NCBI GenBank assembly: GCA_045863395.1
Contig: BTVJ01000027.1
Span: forward strand, 28,549-92,548
Direction of reading: 5' to 3'
DNA: 64,000 bases
DNA from: Myxococcales bacterium
GTDB taxonomy: Bacteria > Myxococcota_A > UBA9042 > JABWCM01 > BTVJ01
This document shows positions 55,008 through 64,000 of this stretch, piece after piece (the first letter of the stretch is position 1; each line of letters begins with the position of its first letter). A model generated the notes under the pieces. It made no database searches, was not told where the DNA came from, and was given only the letters and a program-made list of their open reading frames with translations. The position numbers were made by a program, and so were the translations under genes.

Positions 55008-57404
55008 TCACGAGTCGCCCGTTCCCTCCCCGAGGCTGTCGACATGGGCAAAGGCTCGATCCAGAAACTCGCGGTGCGCGAACTCCGCGGGAAGCGGCTG
55101 GCTGTTGGTCCCGAGGATCCTCTCTTCGATGGGCTGGCCCTTGAGGGCACGCGCCGCAAGGTCCGGCCGACCGTTGTTGCCGAGGTACTGGGCGTAGGTG
55201 TTCCGCGTGGGCCCTAGCTTCTGATTGGCCGAATACGAGGCGTACCAGTGCATGCCGGCCTCCTCGTCCCAGTCGTAGGCATACAGCAGGACGGCAAAGT
55301 TCGACTGGATGGCGGGTGTGTCTGCGTCGGGAGTCAGCCAGCGGCGCTCGAGGAGACGCCGATAGATTTCCATGGCCTCGTGTCGCGCCTCGGTGTCCTC
55401 ACGCCGCTCTGCCAGGGCATCCGCAAGTCCCCTCAGGCGCCGGTAGGCGAAGTGCGCTTGCGTGCAGCCGAAGATGGACTCCTCCAGCGCGAGCCAGGCA
55501 AGGTCCGGGTCGGAGAACTCCTTGGCGGCCGTCAGCGCCCGCAGGTAGCCCGTGTCTTCGTCCTCCGACTCCTCCCGGACCGCCTTCATGAGACTCTCCC
55601 TGAGCTCGGCCGAGCCCGGAAGGACCTCTCCCCGTAGCCGTGCCACCTGGGCCTCGAGGAGCGCCCTCCGCTCCGGCTTGTGCGACGCGTAGCGAGTTCG
55701 CAGCTCGGACAGGAGCGCGTCCGCCTCGTCGAGGCGTGCCTCACGGTGGTCCGCGATGAATGAGGCGTAGTTCATCATGTTGTTGGGGTGCCGGGGCTGC
55801 ATTCTCAGTGACAGTGCAAACAGAACGTCAGCGAAGTCATAGGCTCCGAACTTCTCGACCCAGAGGGCGAGGTTCCCGATCTCGTTGGCTCGGTCAGCAG
55901 ATATCTTCTCTCCATGCTGGCCCGCCACCTTGTAGGCTTCGAGGGCGTTCTGCAGGGCGCCCATCCGGTCGTCGTTCTGCTCGGCGGTCCTCGCTTCGTA
56001 GTACTTCGTCATGAACTGGACCTCGGAGTCGCCGCCCAAGACCGTGTCCATGTCGAACCGGAAGGGCACCTGTCTGCCAATGTCATCCCCTGCTGCCCTC
56101 TCGTCGCCGCCAAAGAAGAAGTGCGGAGCCAGCGCGATGTATCGGACCAGGTCGCGAGGAAGGGGCGCGTCAAAGAACGCGCCACGAAACAATGGCTTGA
56201 GGCGCGCCGTGAGGAAGTTCAGCTTCTCGTCGTCGCGTTCCTCCTCTCTGACGAAGGCGATGCACGCGGACTCCAGCTCCCGCCAACCTCGCTCGGCCCT
56301 GGTGTCCCCCTGAAGTGCGGGGGTCAGGAGCTGGTCGTGAAAGTCACGCCACGAATATTGTAGTACGCGTCGTTTGATGACGTGCTCGGGCGGTTCACTT
56401 CGGTCCAGCGCGCTCCGGATGTCGGGCCGAATCGTGTTGAGGCAGCGCTTCACTGCGCGAGGCGTCTTGATTCGCAGCCCCTTCTCGAGGAGCTGCACGT
56501 TGTCGGAGATGGCGTGCGAGACGGCGTCGTCGCCGTAGGTTGCGAGGAGTTTCGTCACGTAGCTACGAAGCCGTTGCGTGTCGAGGGGCGGCAGGGTGAT
56601 CGTGTGCTGAACGTACTTTTCGAGGGCGTGGTCTGGGTCGACCGTCGAGCCACCGTCCTTCTGTGCCCGATAGAGGAGAGCCTGCCGAAGCGCTTGGTGA
56701 TCGAGGGCCAGCACGAAGAACAGGTTGGGCACGCTGCCCCACTGCTGAGTGATGTCGAGGATCTCGGAGACCAGCGCCGGTGAGCACCGGTCCAGGTCGT
56801 CGATGAGAATAGCAAGCACGCGCGACGAGTTCGGTGTGCCGGTCTGACCCTCTCCGCGTATCTCCTTTGCCAGGAGCTCAGGAAAATCAATGACTCGCGC
56901 GAGTTCGTGGGACGTTCGGCGAAGCGTTTGATCCACGAGGACGGCCGCGGTCGACGGGTCCGAAGGCAGCGCCTCGAGACTGCCCACCGTTGCCGTCTCG
57001 AACAGCCGGAGCGCCATCCTCGGGCTCCCCGCCAGGCTCGTCAGGGCGCGCATGGCCAGGGTGCTGCGGACGTCGGCGTCCACGCCCACGTAGGCCGACG
57101 CCACATAGTCGCACTGAACCAGGCGATGTGCGTTGCCACCTGCGCTGCGGCGAGCGGTCTCGGCGATCATCCGTAGCAGGCTGCTCTTGCCGCAGCCCCA
57201 CTCGGCGTGAATGGCGAAGGTCATGGAGTCGCTGTCGGCCCTGGACGCATTGCCGGGCTCCTCGGACAGCAGGGGACGTGTGATCCGCTCCGCGACGTCG
57301 CGCACCTGGTCTCGAGTGCTGGCGCCGTCCTCGATCCAGAGAAGGTCCGAGTCCACTCCAACGGGTCGGTCCGAAAAATAGAGCCAGCGGTTGTTGGTCA
57401 TCAC
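55008..57404 (-). CDS. KAP-family P-loop NTPase with a C-terminal TPR-like region
   Basis: FSDRP, AIHAEWGCGKSS, ILIDDLDRC, LEKYVQ, TPRAVKR; C-terminal helical repeats (NNMMNYASF, SNFAVLLY). Confidence 0.88.
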   Translation of the reverse strand: MMTNNRWLYFSDRPVGVDSDLLWIEDGASTRDQVRDVAERITRPLLSEEPGNASRADSDSMTFAIHAEWGCGKSSLLRMIAETARRSAGGNAHRLVQCDYVASAYVGVDADVRSTLAMRALTSLAGSPRMALRLFETATVGSLEALPSDPSTAAVLVDQTLRRTSHELARVIDFPELLAKEIRGEGQTGTPNSSRVLAILIDDLDRCSPALVSEILDITQQWGSVPNLFFVLALDHQALRQALLYRAQKDGGSTVDPDHALEKYVQHTITLPPLDTQRLRSYVTKLLATYGDDAVSHAISDNVQLLEKGLRIKTPRAVKRCLNTIRPDIRSALDRSEPPEHVIKRRVLQYSWRDFHDQLLTPALQGDTRAERGWRELESACIAFVREEERDDEKLNFLTARLKPLFRGAFFDAPLPRDLVRYIALAPHFFFGGDERAAGDDIGRQVPFRFDMDTVLGGDSEVQFMTKYYEARTAEQNDDRMGALQNALEAYKVAGQHGEKISADRANEIGNLALWVEKFGAYDFADVLFALSLRMQPRHPNNMMNYASFIADHREARLDEADALLSELRTRYASHKPERRALLEAQVARLRGEVLPGSAELRESLMKAVREESEDEDTGYLRALTAAKEFSDPDLAWLALEESIFGCTQAHFAYRRLRGLADALAERREDTEARHEAMEIYRRLLERRWLTPDADTPAIQSNFAVLLYAYDWDEEAGMHWYASYSANQKLGPTRNTYAQYLGNNGRPDLAARALKGQPIEERILGTNSQPLPAEFAHREFLDRAFAHVDSLGEGTGDS

Positions 57405-58639
57405 CCTCCTCTCTGCCGTCTCGGTGACGTGGGCGTGGTCGCGCAGTCCCGGGATACGATGCTGGGCCAGATCTGGGTGGTGAGCAGGACGCTCAGGTCA
57501 TCCAAGGTGGCAACGCATCGAAATGAGATGGTCCTCGCCTGCGCCACGAACGGAACAGGGTCTGCGGAGATGCAGAGCTGCCCCTCGGGCTGCCTGTAGT
57601 CACCGCCGCAAACACCCCATGTGCCATCTCCGATTCGCACGAGCTCGTAGAAGTTCCCCACGATGTCGCGGAGGCCGATCAGGTTCTGAGGCGGAAACCG
57701 AGATACGGGGGTCGGTGCAAAGCGCCTCCTGACATCGCCATGGTTGCACCGGCTGGCCACGAACGCGCGTCCCCACGGGTAGTTCGGGACCGGGTCGACT
57801 CCCCCCGCGGCAGCCTGGCGCCACTGCAACAACGTCGGGAGGTTCTTCCCGTGCGCCGCGGCATAGGTCAGCGCGTCATCGGAGTTCAGCCCGCTCGCGG
57901 GGAACTCGCCCGAACCCGCCACTCCCTCCCAGGGGTCCTCCCAGAACAGCTCTCCGGGGCGACGGGAGAGGAACGTGGACCAGTCTCTCGCGGTCACCGG
58001 GTCGCGGTCCACGTAGAAACCGCCCGCGCCCGCCGGGACCCAGGCCATGACTCGCCCATCGAGGGGCCAGCGAATCAGCGGAGGGGTCCCTGCGGCGAGG
58101 TTCTCCAGGCGCGGCTCGGGAACCTCCGCAGGTGCCGCGGTATCGCCGATGGTGGCGGCTGAGTCGCCGGGGGTGGCGAAATCTCTCGTACCCTCGGCGA
58201 GGAGCCACTCGACGACGAGGACGAGCGAGGCGAGAGGGAGGTCCACATCGTCCCTGCTGACCTTTCCCCAAAGCGTCTCGTCCTCGAAGTGGCCATGGGT
58301 AGCCGCGTTTCCCCAGCGTTGGATGTTCTCCAAGTGCAGCTTGATGCGCAACGGAAGCAGGCGTCGCTTGTTGAGTTCCACGAACAACTCGTTGAACGCA
58401 GACCTCGACCAGTCTCCGGCGTCGTGCTCGGAGAGTGCAAGCCGCATGGAGCGCTCGGCCGTCTTTCGGATCTGGGTCAACGCTGCCTCGGGCTCGACGC
58501 TCAAGACTTTGCGGGCGACGTCCACAGCGTCCTGCAGGTAAGTGCGGTCGGTGTGCTTCACGCTGGCAGTCTCCCGCGAGAGCGCGGCCAAAGCCGTAGT
58601 AAGGAACACGTCGCACAATGCGGGGTGTTTGTCAACCAC
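57401..58639 (-). CDS. DUF4145 (HEPN-like) plus FGE-sulfatase domain protein
   Basis: IRKTAE...LENIQRWGNAATHG; FYVDRDPVT, LPTLLQWRQAA, YPWG, GLRDIVGNFYE, GG...SFRC. Stop overlaps the KAP start; own start uncertain (GTG 58639). Confidence 0.8.
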   Translation of the reverse strand: MVDKHPALCDVFLTTALAALSRETASVKHTDRTYLQDAVDVARKVLSVEPEAALTQIRKTAERSMRLALSEHDAGDWSRSAFNELFVELNKRRLLPLRIKLHLENIQRWGNAATHGHFEDETLWGKVSRDDVDLPLASLVLVVEWLLAEGTRDFATPGDSAATIGDTAAPAEVPEPRLENLAAGTPPLIRWPLDGRVMAWVPAGAGGFYVDRDPVTARDWSTFLSRRPGELFWEDPWEGVAGSGEFPASGLNSDDALTYAAAHGKNLPTLLQWRQAAAGGVDPVPNYPWGRAFVASRCNHGDVRRRFAPTPVSRFPPQNLIGLRDIVGNFYELVRIGDGTWGVCGGDYRQPEGQLCISADPVPFVAQARTISFRCVATLDDLSVLLTTQIWPSIVSRDCATTPTSPRRQRGG

Positions 58640-58721
58640 ATCGCCTTCGGCTCGCTGAGGCGGCCGGTGTGGAGTGGGACTGACGCAGGTGGCCCCGTAC
58701 ACGAAACGGCGCTTGCGGTCG

Positions 58722-59119
58722 GCGCTGATCATGGGCGATGTCCATCCGGTGGAGCCCGTCGTGGAGACGGACGACGCGGAGGAGGAGCGCGCGCACGGCC
58801 GCTCGGGGTGTGCGCTCGGCGCTGTGAGCCGCGACCCCTACCGCGTGCGTGCGCGTTCCCCTCGCGGCGCGGGCCCTGGCGAAGCGCGCGACGGGCCGCG
58901 TCACCGCGTTGCGCCGGGGTCCACGGGGAATGCTGGGCGGCCGCGGCGCCCACTGGGCCGAGGGCGGGGACGTGGTGGGCGTCGCGGTGGGAACGGTCCA
59001 CCGATTTCAACGTGGCCGCGTCGCGGGCGCGCGTCCACCTGGTGGTCGTCGGTGATCCAGACGTCCTCTCCCGGGGCGAGGTGACCCGGGAGCTGGTGCG
59101 GGCGGCGCGGGTGGGGTGA
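58722..59119 (+). pseudogene. Degenerate duplicate of the helicase 3' region
   Basis: Homologous to about 54163-54942 (ALIMGDVHPVEP...VAVGTVHRFQ...NVAASRARVHLVVVGD), with two internal deletions and frameshifts. Confidence 0.85.
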
Positions 59120-59125
59120 GCGGCA
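59007..59125 (+). repeat. 119-bp direct repeat, copy 2
   Basis: Matches 54830-54948. Confidence 0.9.
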
Positions 59126-59214
59126 GGCGCGAGTCCGTGGCCTTGGTGTCCGAGGGTCGGCGGCGTCTCCCTCGTGCCTTGCGCCGCGCGGGTCCGTTGG
59201 CTACGGTGGCCTCC

Positions 59215-60777
59215 ATGAGGTTCTTCAATACTGCGGGGCCCTGCATCGAGGGCATGCACTACATGCTCCCGCCGCTCGACCGCATCCCCGAGGCGCGCGG
59301 GCTCGTGGACCGGGGGGCGTACTTCGTCATCCACGCGCCGCGGCAGTCGGGCAAGACCACCTCGCTGCGGGCGCTGGCCGCGGCCCTCACGGCCGAGGGA
59401 CGCTACGCGGCGCTCGCCTTCTCGTGTGAGACTGCCGCCATGGTCGGCGACGACTATGCGGCGGCGCAGCAGGCAATCCTGCACCAGATCGGCGTTGGCG
59501 CTCGCCTCGACCTGCCCAGGGAGCTGCGTCCGCCTGCGCTTCCTTTATCGACGCCGCCTAACGGCCTCCTCACCGATGCGCTGGTCGAGTGGAGCCTCGC
59601 GTGCCCTCGCCCCCTGGTGCTCCTCTTCGACGAGATCGACGCGGTGCGCGGCGACAGCCTCCGGTCCGTGCTCAGCCAGCTCCGCGCGGGGTTCGTCGCC
59701 CGTGGGCGCGGGTTCCCGTGGTCGGTGGTGCTCTGCGGCATGCGCGACGTCAGCGACTACCGCACCGCGGCGGGCGCAGACCCGGACCACATCGGCCTGT
59801 CGAGCCCCTTCAACGTGAAGTCCAAGACCCTGAGCCTCGGGCGCTTCAGCCGGAGCGAGGTCGCGGCGCTCTACGCCCAGCACACGGCCGACACGGGCCA
59901 GCCCTTCGTGGACGGCGCCATCGACCGCGCCCTGGAGCTCACCGGCGGGCAGCCCTGGCTCGTCAACGCGCTCGCCCGCGAGGTCGTCGAGGAGATCGGA
60001 GTGCCTCCGGCGGAGCCCATCGCCGCCGCCCACTGCGAGGAGGCCAAGGAGCGGCTCATCCTCGCGCGGCAGACCCACCTCGACTCCCTGGTCGCCCGGC
60101 TCCAGGAGCCGCGAGTCAGGCGCATCGTGGCGCCGCTGCTCTCCGGCGACGCCCTCGGGGGCGACGAGTACGACGACGACGCCGCGTTCGTGCGCGACCT
60201 GGGCCTCGTCACCGACAAGCCCCTGCGCATCGCCAACCCCATCTACCGGGAGGTCATCGTCCGCGTCCTGGCCGGCGCCGCCGACGACAACATCCGGCTC
60301 CCCGACCGGGCCTGGGCACAGGCCGACGGCCGCCTCGACCTGCGGGCGCTCCTCGACGCCTTCGCGGACTTCTGGCGCGAGCAGGGCGCCGCCCTCGCCC
60401 CGAGGATGCCCTACCACGAGGTGGCCGCCCAGCTCGTGCTGTCCGCCTGGCTCCAGCGCGTCGTCAACGGTGGCGGCTTCGTGGACCGGGAGTACGGCGT
60501 CGGGATGAAGCGCATCGACGTGCTCGTGCGGTGGCCCCTCGGCGGCGGCTGGCAGCGCGAGGCCCTGGAGCTCAAGATGCGCCGCGCGGGAGAGGCAGAC
60601 CCGACGCCGGAGGGGTTGCGGCAGATCGAGGGCCATCTGACGTCGCTCGGCCTCCAGCACGGGTGGCTCGTCGTCTTCGACCGCCGCCCCGACGCTCCCC
60701 CGGTCGCCGAGCGCACCCGCTTCGAGGAGGGGCAGACGCCCACCCTCGGGCTCGCCGTGTCGATCCTGCACGCCTGA
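59215..60777 (+). CDS. AAA-type ATPase with a C-terminal PD-(D/E)xK nuclease domain
   Basis: MRFFNTAGPC, HAPRQSGKTT, LLFDEID, SPFNV, GGQPWL; C-terminal REY...RID...ALELK. Confidence 0.85.
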   Translation: MRFFNTAGPCIEGMHYMLPPLDRIPEARGLVDRGAYFVIHAPRQSGKTTSLRALAAALTAEGRYAALAFSCETAAMVGDDYAAAQQAILHQIGVGARLDLPRELRPPALPLSTPPNGLLTDALVEWSLACPRPLVLLFDEIDAVRGDSLRSVLSQLRAGFVARGRGFPWSVVLCGMRDVSDYRTAAGADPDHIGLSSPFNVKSKTLSLGRFSRSEVAALYAQHTADTGQPFVDGAIDRALELTGGQPWLVNALAREVVEEIGVPPAEPIAAAHCEEAKERLILARQTHLDSLVARLQEPRVRRIVAPLLSGDALGGDEYDDDAAFVRDLGLVTDKPLRIANPIYREVIVRVLAGAADDNIRLPDRAWAQADGRLDLRALLDAFADFWREQGAALAPRMPYHEVAAQLVLSAWLQRVVNGGGFVDREYGVGMKRIDVLVRWPLGGGWQREALELKMRRAGEADPTPEGLRQIEGHLTSLGLQHGWLVVFDRRPDAPPVAERTRFEEGQTPTLGLAVSILHA

Positions 60778-61018
60778 CGGGGCTCGCCGTGGGTCAGACG
60801 CTGCGAGGTGCGACGACCCGAGGCTTCCGCACGTCGTGCTGCGTCATGCCCTCCCGCCTGTGAGCCGACCCGCCGCTCGCTCCGGCTCGCTGTCCTCTGT
60901 CAGATCGGGACGTCTCGATGTTCCTTGGGGGGGACACAGCGGTCGGGTGGAGCGGTGTTTCCCGTTGACAGCGCCCGGATTCAGGACCGATTCTAGGCGA
61001 CACACAGGGAGGTGGCCG

Positions 61019-64000
61019 ATGGCGGGGAGTGATGAGGTGCGGGAGCTGATCGAGCGGCTGCCGTATCCGGTGGCTCGGGCGGCGGCGGTGGCGTTCGACG
61101 AGGGGGCGACACCTCAGCTCCGGCTGTGGAACGTACCGCACGCCGCGTACCAGGCGCTTCGGATGGTGACGCTCCCCGTCGTGGCGCAGTACCTGGACGC
61201 GCCGGTGGAGACGGCGGCCATGGCGGACCAGAAGGCCGTGGCAGACATTGCGGCGGCCCTGGCGGAGCTGCGGCACCCGTTCTACCCGTCGTGGGTCACG
61301 CTGCTCGACACGCTGGCGAAGAAGGTGACGCCCTCCACGGTGGGCATCGAGCCGTTGCTCCCGCTCCGGGACGTGAAGGCGGCCCTCGACGGGGCAAAGC
61401 AGACGGCGCCCGACCCGCTGTACCCGTGCCCCCGGGGTGATGGTTCGCACCCGCCGCACGCGCTGATCTGGGGGCTTCGCAATGGCCTCGCCCATGGCGG
61501 GGACCTGCCGCCCGATCACGAGTCGCTGCGGCTGCTCGCGCTCTACCTTCCGTTGGTCGCCGCCCTCCTGCGCGCCGTGGCGCCGCTCGCCGACGCCCGC
61601 CTCCTGCTCCTGGACGGCCCCATGGACGGCGAGTGGACGCGGGTGCGGTGGCTCAGAGGCCCGACCCTGGGCGGCGCCGAGGCCGTCGGGGACGACGAGG
61701 GGGCGGAGGAGGCGCTCCGCGGGAGCCCGGTCGTGCTGTCGCTGGGGCGGGGGCGGGCCGTCGGGCTCTGGCCGTTGCTGGTGGCGACCGAGGGGCAGGT
61801 CGTGGGCCTCTACGACGGGCACTACGACCGCAAGACCTATGACCCCGACGGCAAGGTCCGGGCGACGCAGCACCTGATCTACCTCGGCGCCGGCAGCGAA
61901 CGCTGGCGGGAATCCTTGGGGTTCGAACGCCTCGTGGGGCGGCTCGAGGCGCGCAGGGCGGCGTGGAGCACCCCGCGCGAGAAGGCCGCGCCGTGGACCA
62001 TCGCCGAGTGCGCCCGCTACACGACCGGGACGACGGTGCTGGCGCTGCGCGGCGTGAAGTACCTGCCCGACGTGCACGTGGACCGGCCGGACCTGGCCCG
62101 CTGGGTCGGGTGGTGGCTCGACGGCAGCGAGTCGCCCGCGAGCACACCCGCCGCGCGGCGCTACCGGAACGGCCTGATCCTCGCCGGCGCGGCGGGCTCG
62201 GGCAAGACGGCGTGGTCGCTCCACCTGGCGGAGCGCCTGCTCGCCGAAGGGGTGCCCCCCGAGGCGGGCGACGCGGCGGCGCGCGAGGGGCGCAACATCG
62301 TGCTGCTCCTGCGGGGCGACCAGCTCCCGGAGCGCCCGGCCCGCCGGGAGCACGAGGGGCGGCTCCTGCCGACGGTCCTCGAGCACTTGGGCCTGCGCAA
62401 CCAGGACTTCAAGGGCTTCGGCGACCTCTTCGCCCAGCTCGCGAGCCAGTGGGGCAAAGACCAGCGGCGTGACAGGCGCCTCGTGGTGTTGCTCGACGCG
62501 GTCAACGAGGCGCCCCTGCCCGTGGAGCTGCTCACCGAGGTGGGCGACCTCGTTGCGGCGGCCGCTGCGGTCCCGTGGTGCCGGGTGGCGGTGACGATGC
62601 GCGAGGAGCTGCTGGCCGTGGTGCTCGCCAGTGGGCACGGCCAGGAGCGCCCGCCGCTCTTCGCGTCGGACGCGTGGCTCTGGTCGCCGCCGGAGGCGGA
62701 GCTGCGCGACGCGGGACTCTCCCAGGCGCCCAGCCCCTGGACCCCGCTGCGGCTCCTGACGGTGGACGAGGCGGGCCTCGCTTACGAGCGCCTGCGGACG
62801 ACCCGCGGCGCGCAAGCCTGCACGACCCCGTGGGCCCACCTGGGCGCCACCGTGCGAGAGGAGCTCCGGTCGCCGCTGCTGCTGTTCGTCCACCACCGGG
62901 CCTACGCGGGCCGGTCCGCGGCGCAGGCGACCTTCAGCGAGCCTGGTGACACCGGCCTGGCGAGCACGAACCCCCGTCACGCCCTGCTTGGCGCCTACCT
63001 GGACCAGATCTTCCGCGAGTTCCCGCGCCTGGAGCGCGTGTGCATGGAGGTCGTCTCGCGCCTCGCCGAAGCCGGCCGCGCGCTGCTGTCCGACGCGGAC
63101 GCCCGTGATCTCGCGGAGCGCCCGGACCCCACGGGGCGCCGCGTGGAGCTGAGCCCGGCAGAGCAGCTCGTCCACGCGGGCCTGCTGCGCCGCCTCCCCG
63201 CCGGGGAGGGCAGCGGCTTCACCTTCGTCTTCGACTCCGTCCTCGAGGCGCTGCTCCACCGCCTGTGGTGCGAGCAGGCACCGGGGCTGCCGCTCGAGGC
63301 CCTGCAGGAGCGCGTGCGGCGCGGGATCGAGGCCGGCGCCCCCGAGGCGTGGTGGAACGCGTTCGCCTTCGTCTTCGACGACCTCCTGCGCGCAGGCAGG
63401 GCGGCCGACTGGCCGGCGCTGATCAACGGCACGTCGCCACAGGCGCTCGACGCGGCCGCCGCGCGAGCGTGGGCGCTGGCCGCCGCGACGTGCGGAGTGG
63501 CCTCGGACGCGCCGGCCGAGGCGCTCCTCGCGACCCCGGCCGGGCTCGTGGTGGCGGCCTTCGGCGCGCGCCAGGAGCCGTGGGCCGCAGGGCGCCTCCG
63601 CGATCTGGACGCGGCGCTCGCGCACACGGGGCGCCCGGAGTGGAGCGCCCTGCTCCACGGGGCGGCCCGCACGATCCTAGAAGCGGTGGTCGCGGCCGGC
63701 GCCCGCGAGCTGCGCAACGACCTCGCGATGGTCGACAACAACCTCGGCAACGCCCTGCGAGGCCTCGGGCGGCTCGACGAGGCCGTCGCGGCCTACGGCC
63801 GGGCCCGGGAGTTTTTCGCCGAGCTGGTCGAGCGCGAGGGCCGGCGCGAGCTGCGCAACCACCTCGCGATGGTCGACAACAACCTCGGCAGCGCCCTGCA
63901 AGACCTCGGGCGGCTCGACGAGGCCGTCGCGGCCTACGGCCGGGCCCGGGAGTTTTTCGCCGAGCTGGTCGAGCGCGAGGGCCGGCGCGAGCTGCGCAAC
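61019..64000 (+). CDS. HEPN-like + STAND/NACHT-like NTPase + TPR protein (NLR/Avs-like); runs off the window
   Basis: Not in ORF track because no stop occurs in the window. GGGAGG RBS, then MAGSDEVRELIERLPYPVAR. RNGLAH at 61478-61495, Walker A GAAGSGKT at about 62186, Walker B LVVLLDAVNE at about 62480, TPR repeats from 63704; all in one frame. Confidence 0.85.
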   Translation, partial: MAGSDEVRELIERLPYPVARAAAVAFDEGATPQLRLWNVPHAAYQALRMVTLPVVAQYLDAPVETAAMADQKAVADIAAALAELRHPFYPSWVTLLDTLAKKVTPSTVGIEPLLPLRDVKAALDGAKQTAPDPLYPCPRGDGSHPPHALIWGLRNGLAHGGDLPPDHESLRLLALYLPLVAALLRAVAPLADARLLLLDGPMDGEWTRVRWLRGPTLGGAEAVGDDEGAEEALRGSPVVLSLGRGRAVGLWPLLVATEGQVVGLYDGHYDRKTYDPDGKVRATQHLIYLGAGSERWRESLGFERLVGRLEARRAAWSTPREKAAPWTIAECARYTTGTTVLALRGVKYLPDVHVDRPDLARWVGWWLDGSESPASTPAARRYRNGLILAGAAGSGKTAWSLHLAERLLAEGVPPEAGDAAAREGRNIVLLLRGDQLPERPARREHEGRLLPTVLEHLGLRNQDFKGFGDLFAQLASQWGKDQRRDRRLVVLLDAVNEAPLPVELLTEVGDLVAAAAAVPWCRVAVTMREELLAVVLASGHGQERPPLFASDAWLWSPPEAELRDAGLSQAPSPWTPLRLLTVDEAGLAYERLRTTRGAQACTTPWAHLGATVREELRSPLLLFVHHRAYAGRSAAQATFSEPGDTGLASTNPRHALLGAYLDQIFREFPRLERVCMEVVSRLAEAGRALLSDADARDLAERPDPTGRRVELSPAEQLVHAGLLRRLPAGEGSGFTFVFDSVLEALLHRLWCEQAPGLPLEALQERVRRGIEAGAPEAWWNAFAFVFDDLLRAGRAADWPALINGTSPQALDAAAARAWALAAATCGVASDAPAEALLATPAGLVVAAFGARQEPWAAGRLRDLDAALAHTGRPEWSALLHGAARTILEAVVAAGARELRNDLAMVDNNLGNALRGLGRLDEAVAAYGRAREFFAELVEREGRRELRNHLAMVDNNLGSALQDLGRLDEAVAAYGRAREFFAELVEREGRRELRN
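63704..64000 (+). repeat. 141-bp near-identical tandem repeats encoding 47-aa TPR-like units
   Basis: Units start at 63704, 63845 and 63986; units 1 and 2 differ at 4 positions. Confidence 0.92.

Noticed and set aside
54163..59125. Diversity-generating retroelement (repeat pair near an FGE/C-type lectin gene)
   Set aside because: The repeat covers the helicase, not the FGE domain; mismatches are not adenine-specific; no reverse transcriptase in the window.
60965..60994. TTGACA promoter upstream of the STAND gene
   Set aside because: Perfect -35 box but no convincing -10 at 16-18 bp spacing.
60794..63658. 954-aa minus-strand ORF
   Set aside because: Shadow of the plus-strand HEPN-STAND-TPR gene, which has the RBS and motifs.

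Overview
Very GC-rich bacterial DNA. The many Cys-rich lipoproteins, CotH and MopE-repeat proteins and the GldAFG/DUF4340 ABC operon suggest Myxococcota or a related deltaproteobacterium (inference). From left to right: (1) lower anaerobic benzoyl-CoA pathway genes had-oah-dch, a vapBC-type toxin-antitoxin pair and a YgfK-like Fe-S protein; (2) a block of secreted, repeat-rich surface proteins, including two lipoproteins sharing a C-terminal c-type cytochrome domain (one fused to a group I truncated haemoglobin, the other to 16 His/Cys-rich modules); (3) a 164-bp MITE; (4) envelope and housekeeping genes (ABC transporter, TauE, PpiC, HupE/UreJ, hemerythrin, DsbA, CotH, PhoD, pgm) and a membrane adenylate cyclase-cNMP-methyltransferase fusion; (5) from about 52 kb a probable anti-phage defence island: SF1 helicase, a lower-GC DUF4145/HEPN-FGE + KAP-NTPase-TPR cassette flanked by a duplicated helicase 3' end, an AAA-PD-(D/E)xK nuclease, and an HEPN-STAND-TPR (NLR/Avs-like) gene that is absent from the ORF track, has near-identical 141-bp repeats and runs off the window. 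No rRNA, tRNA or CRISPR array was seen. All calls come from reading motifs by eye; no database searches were run.
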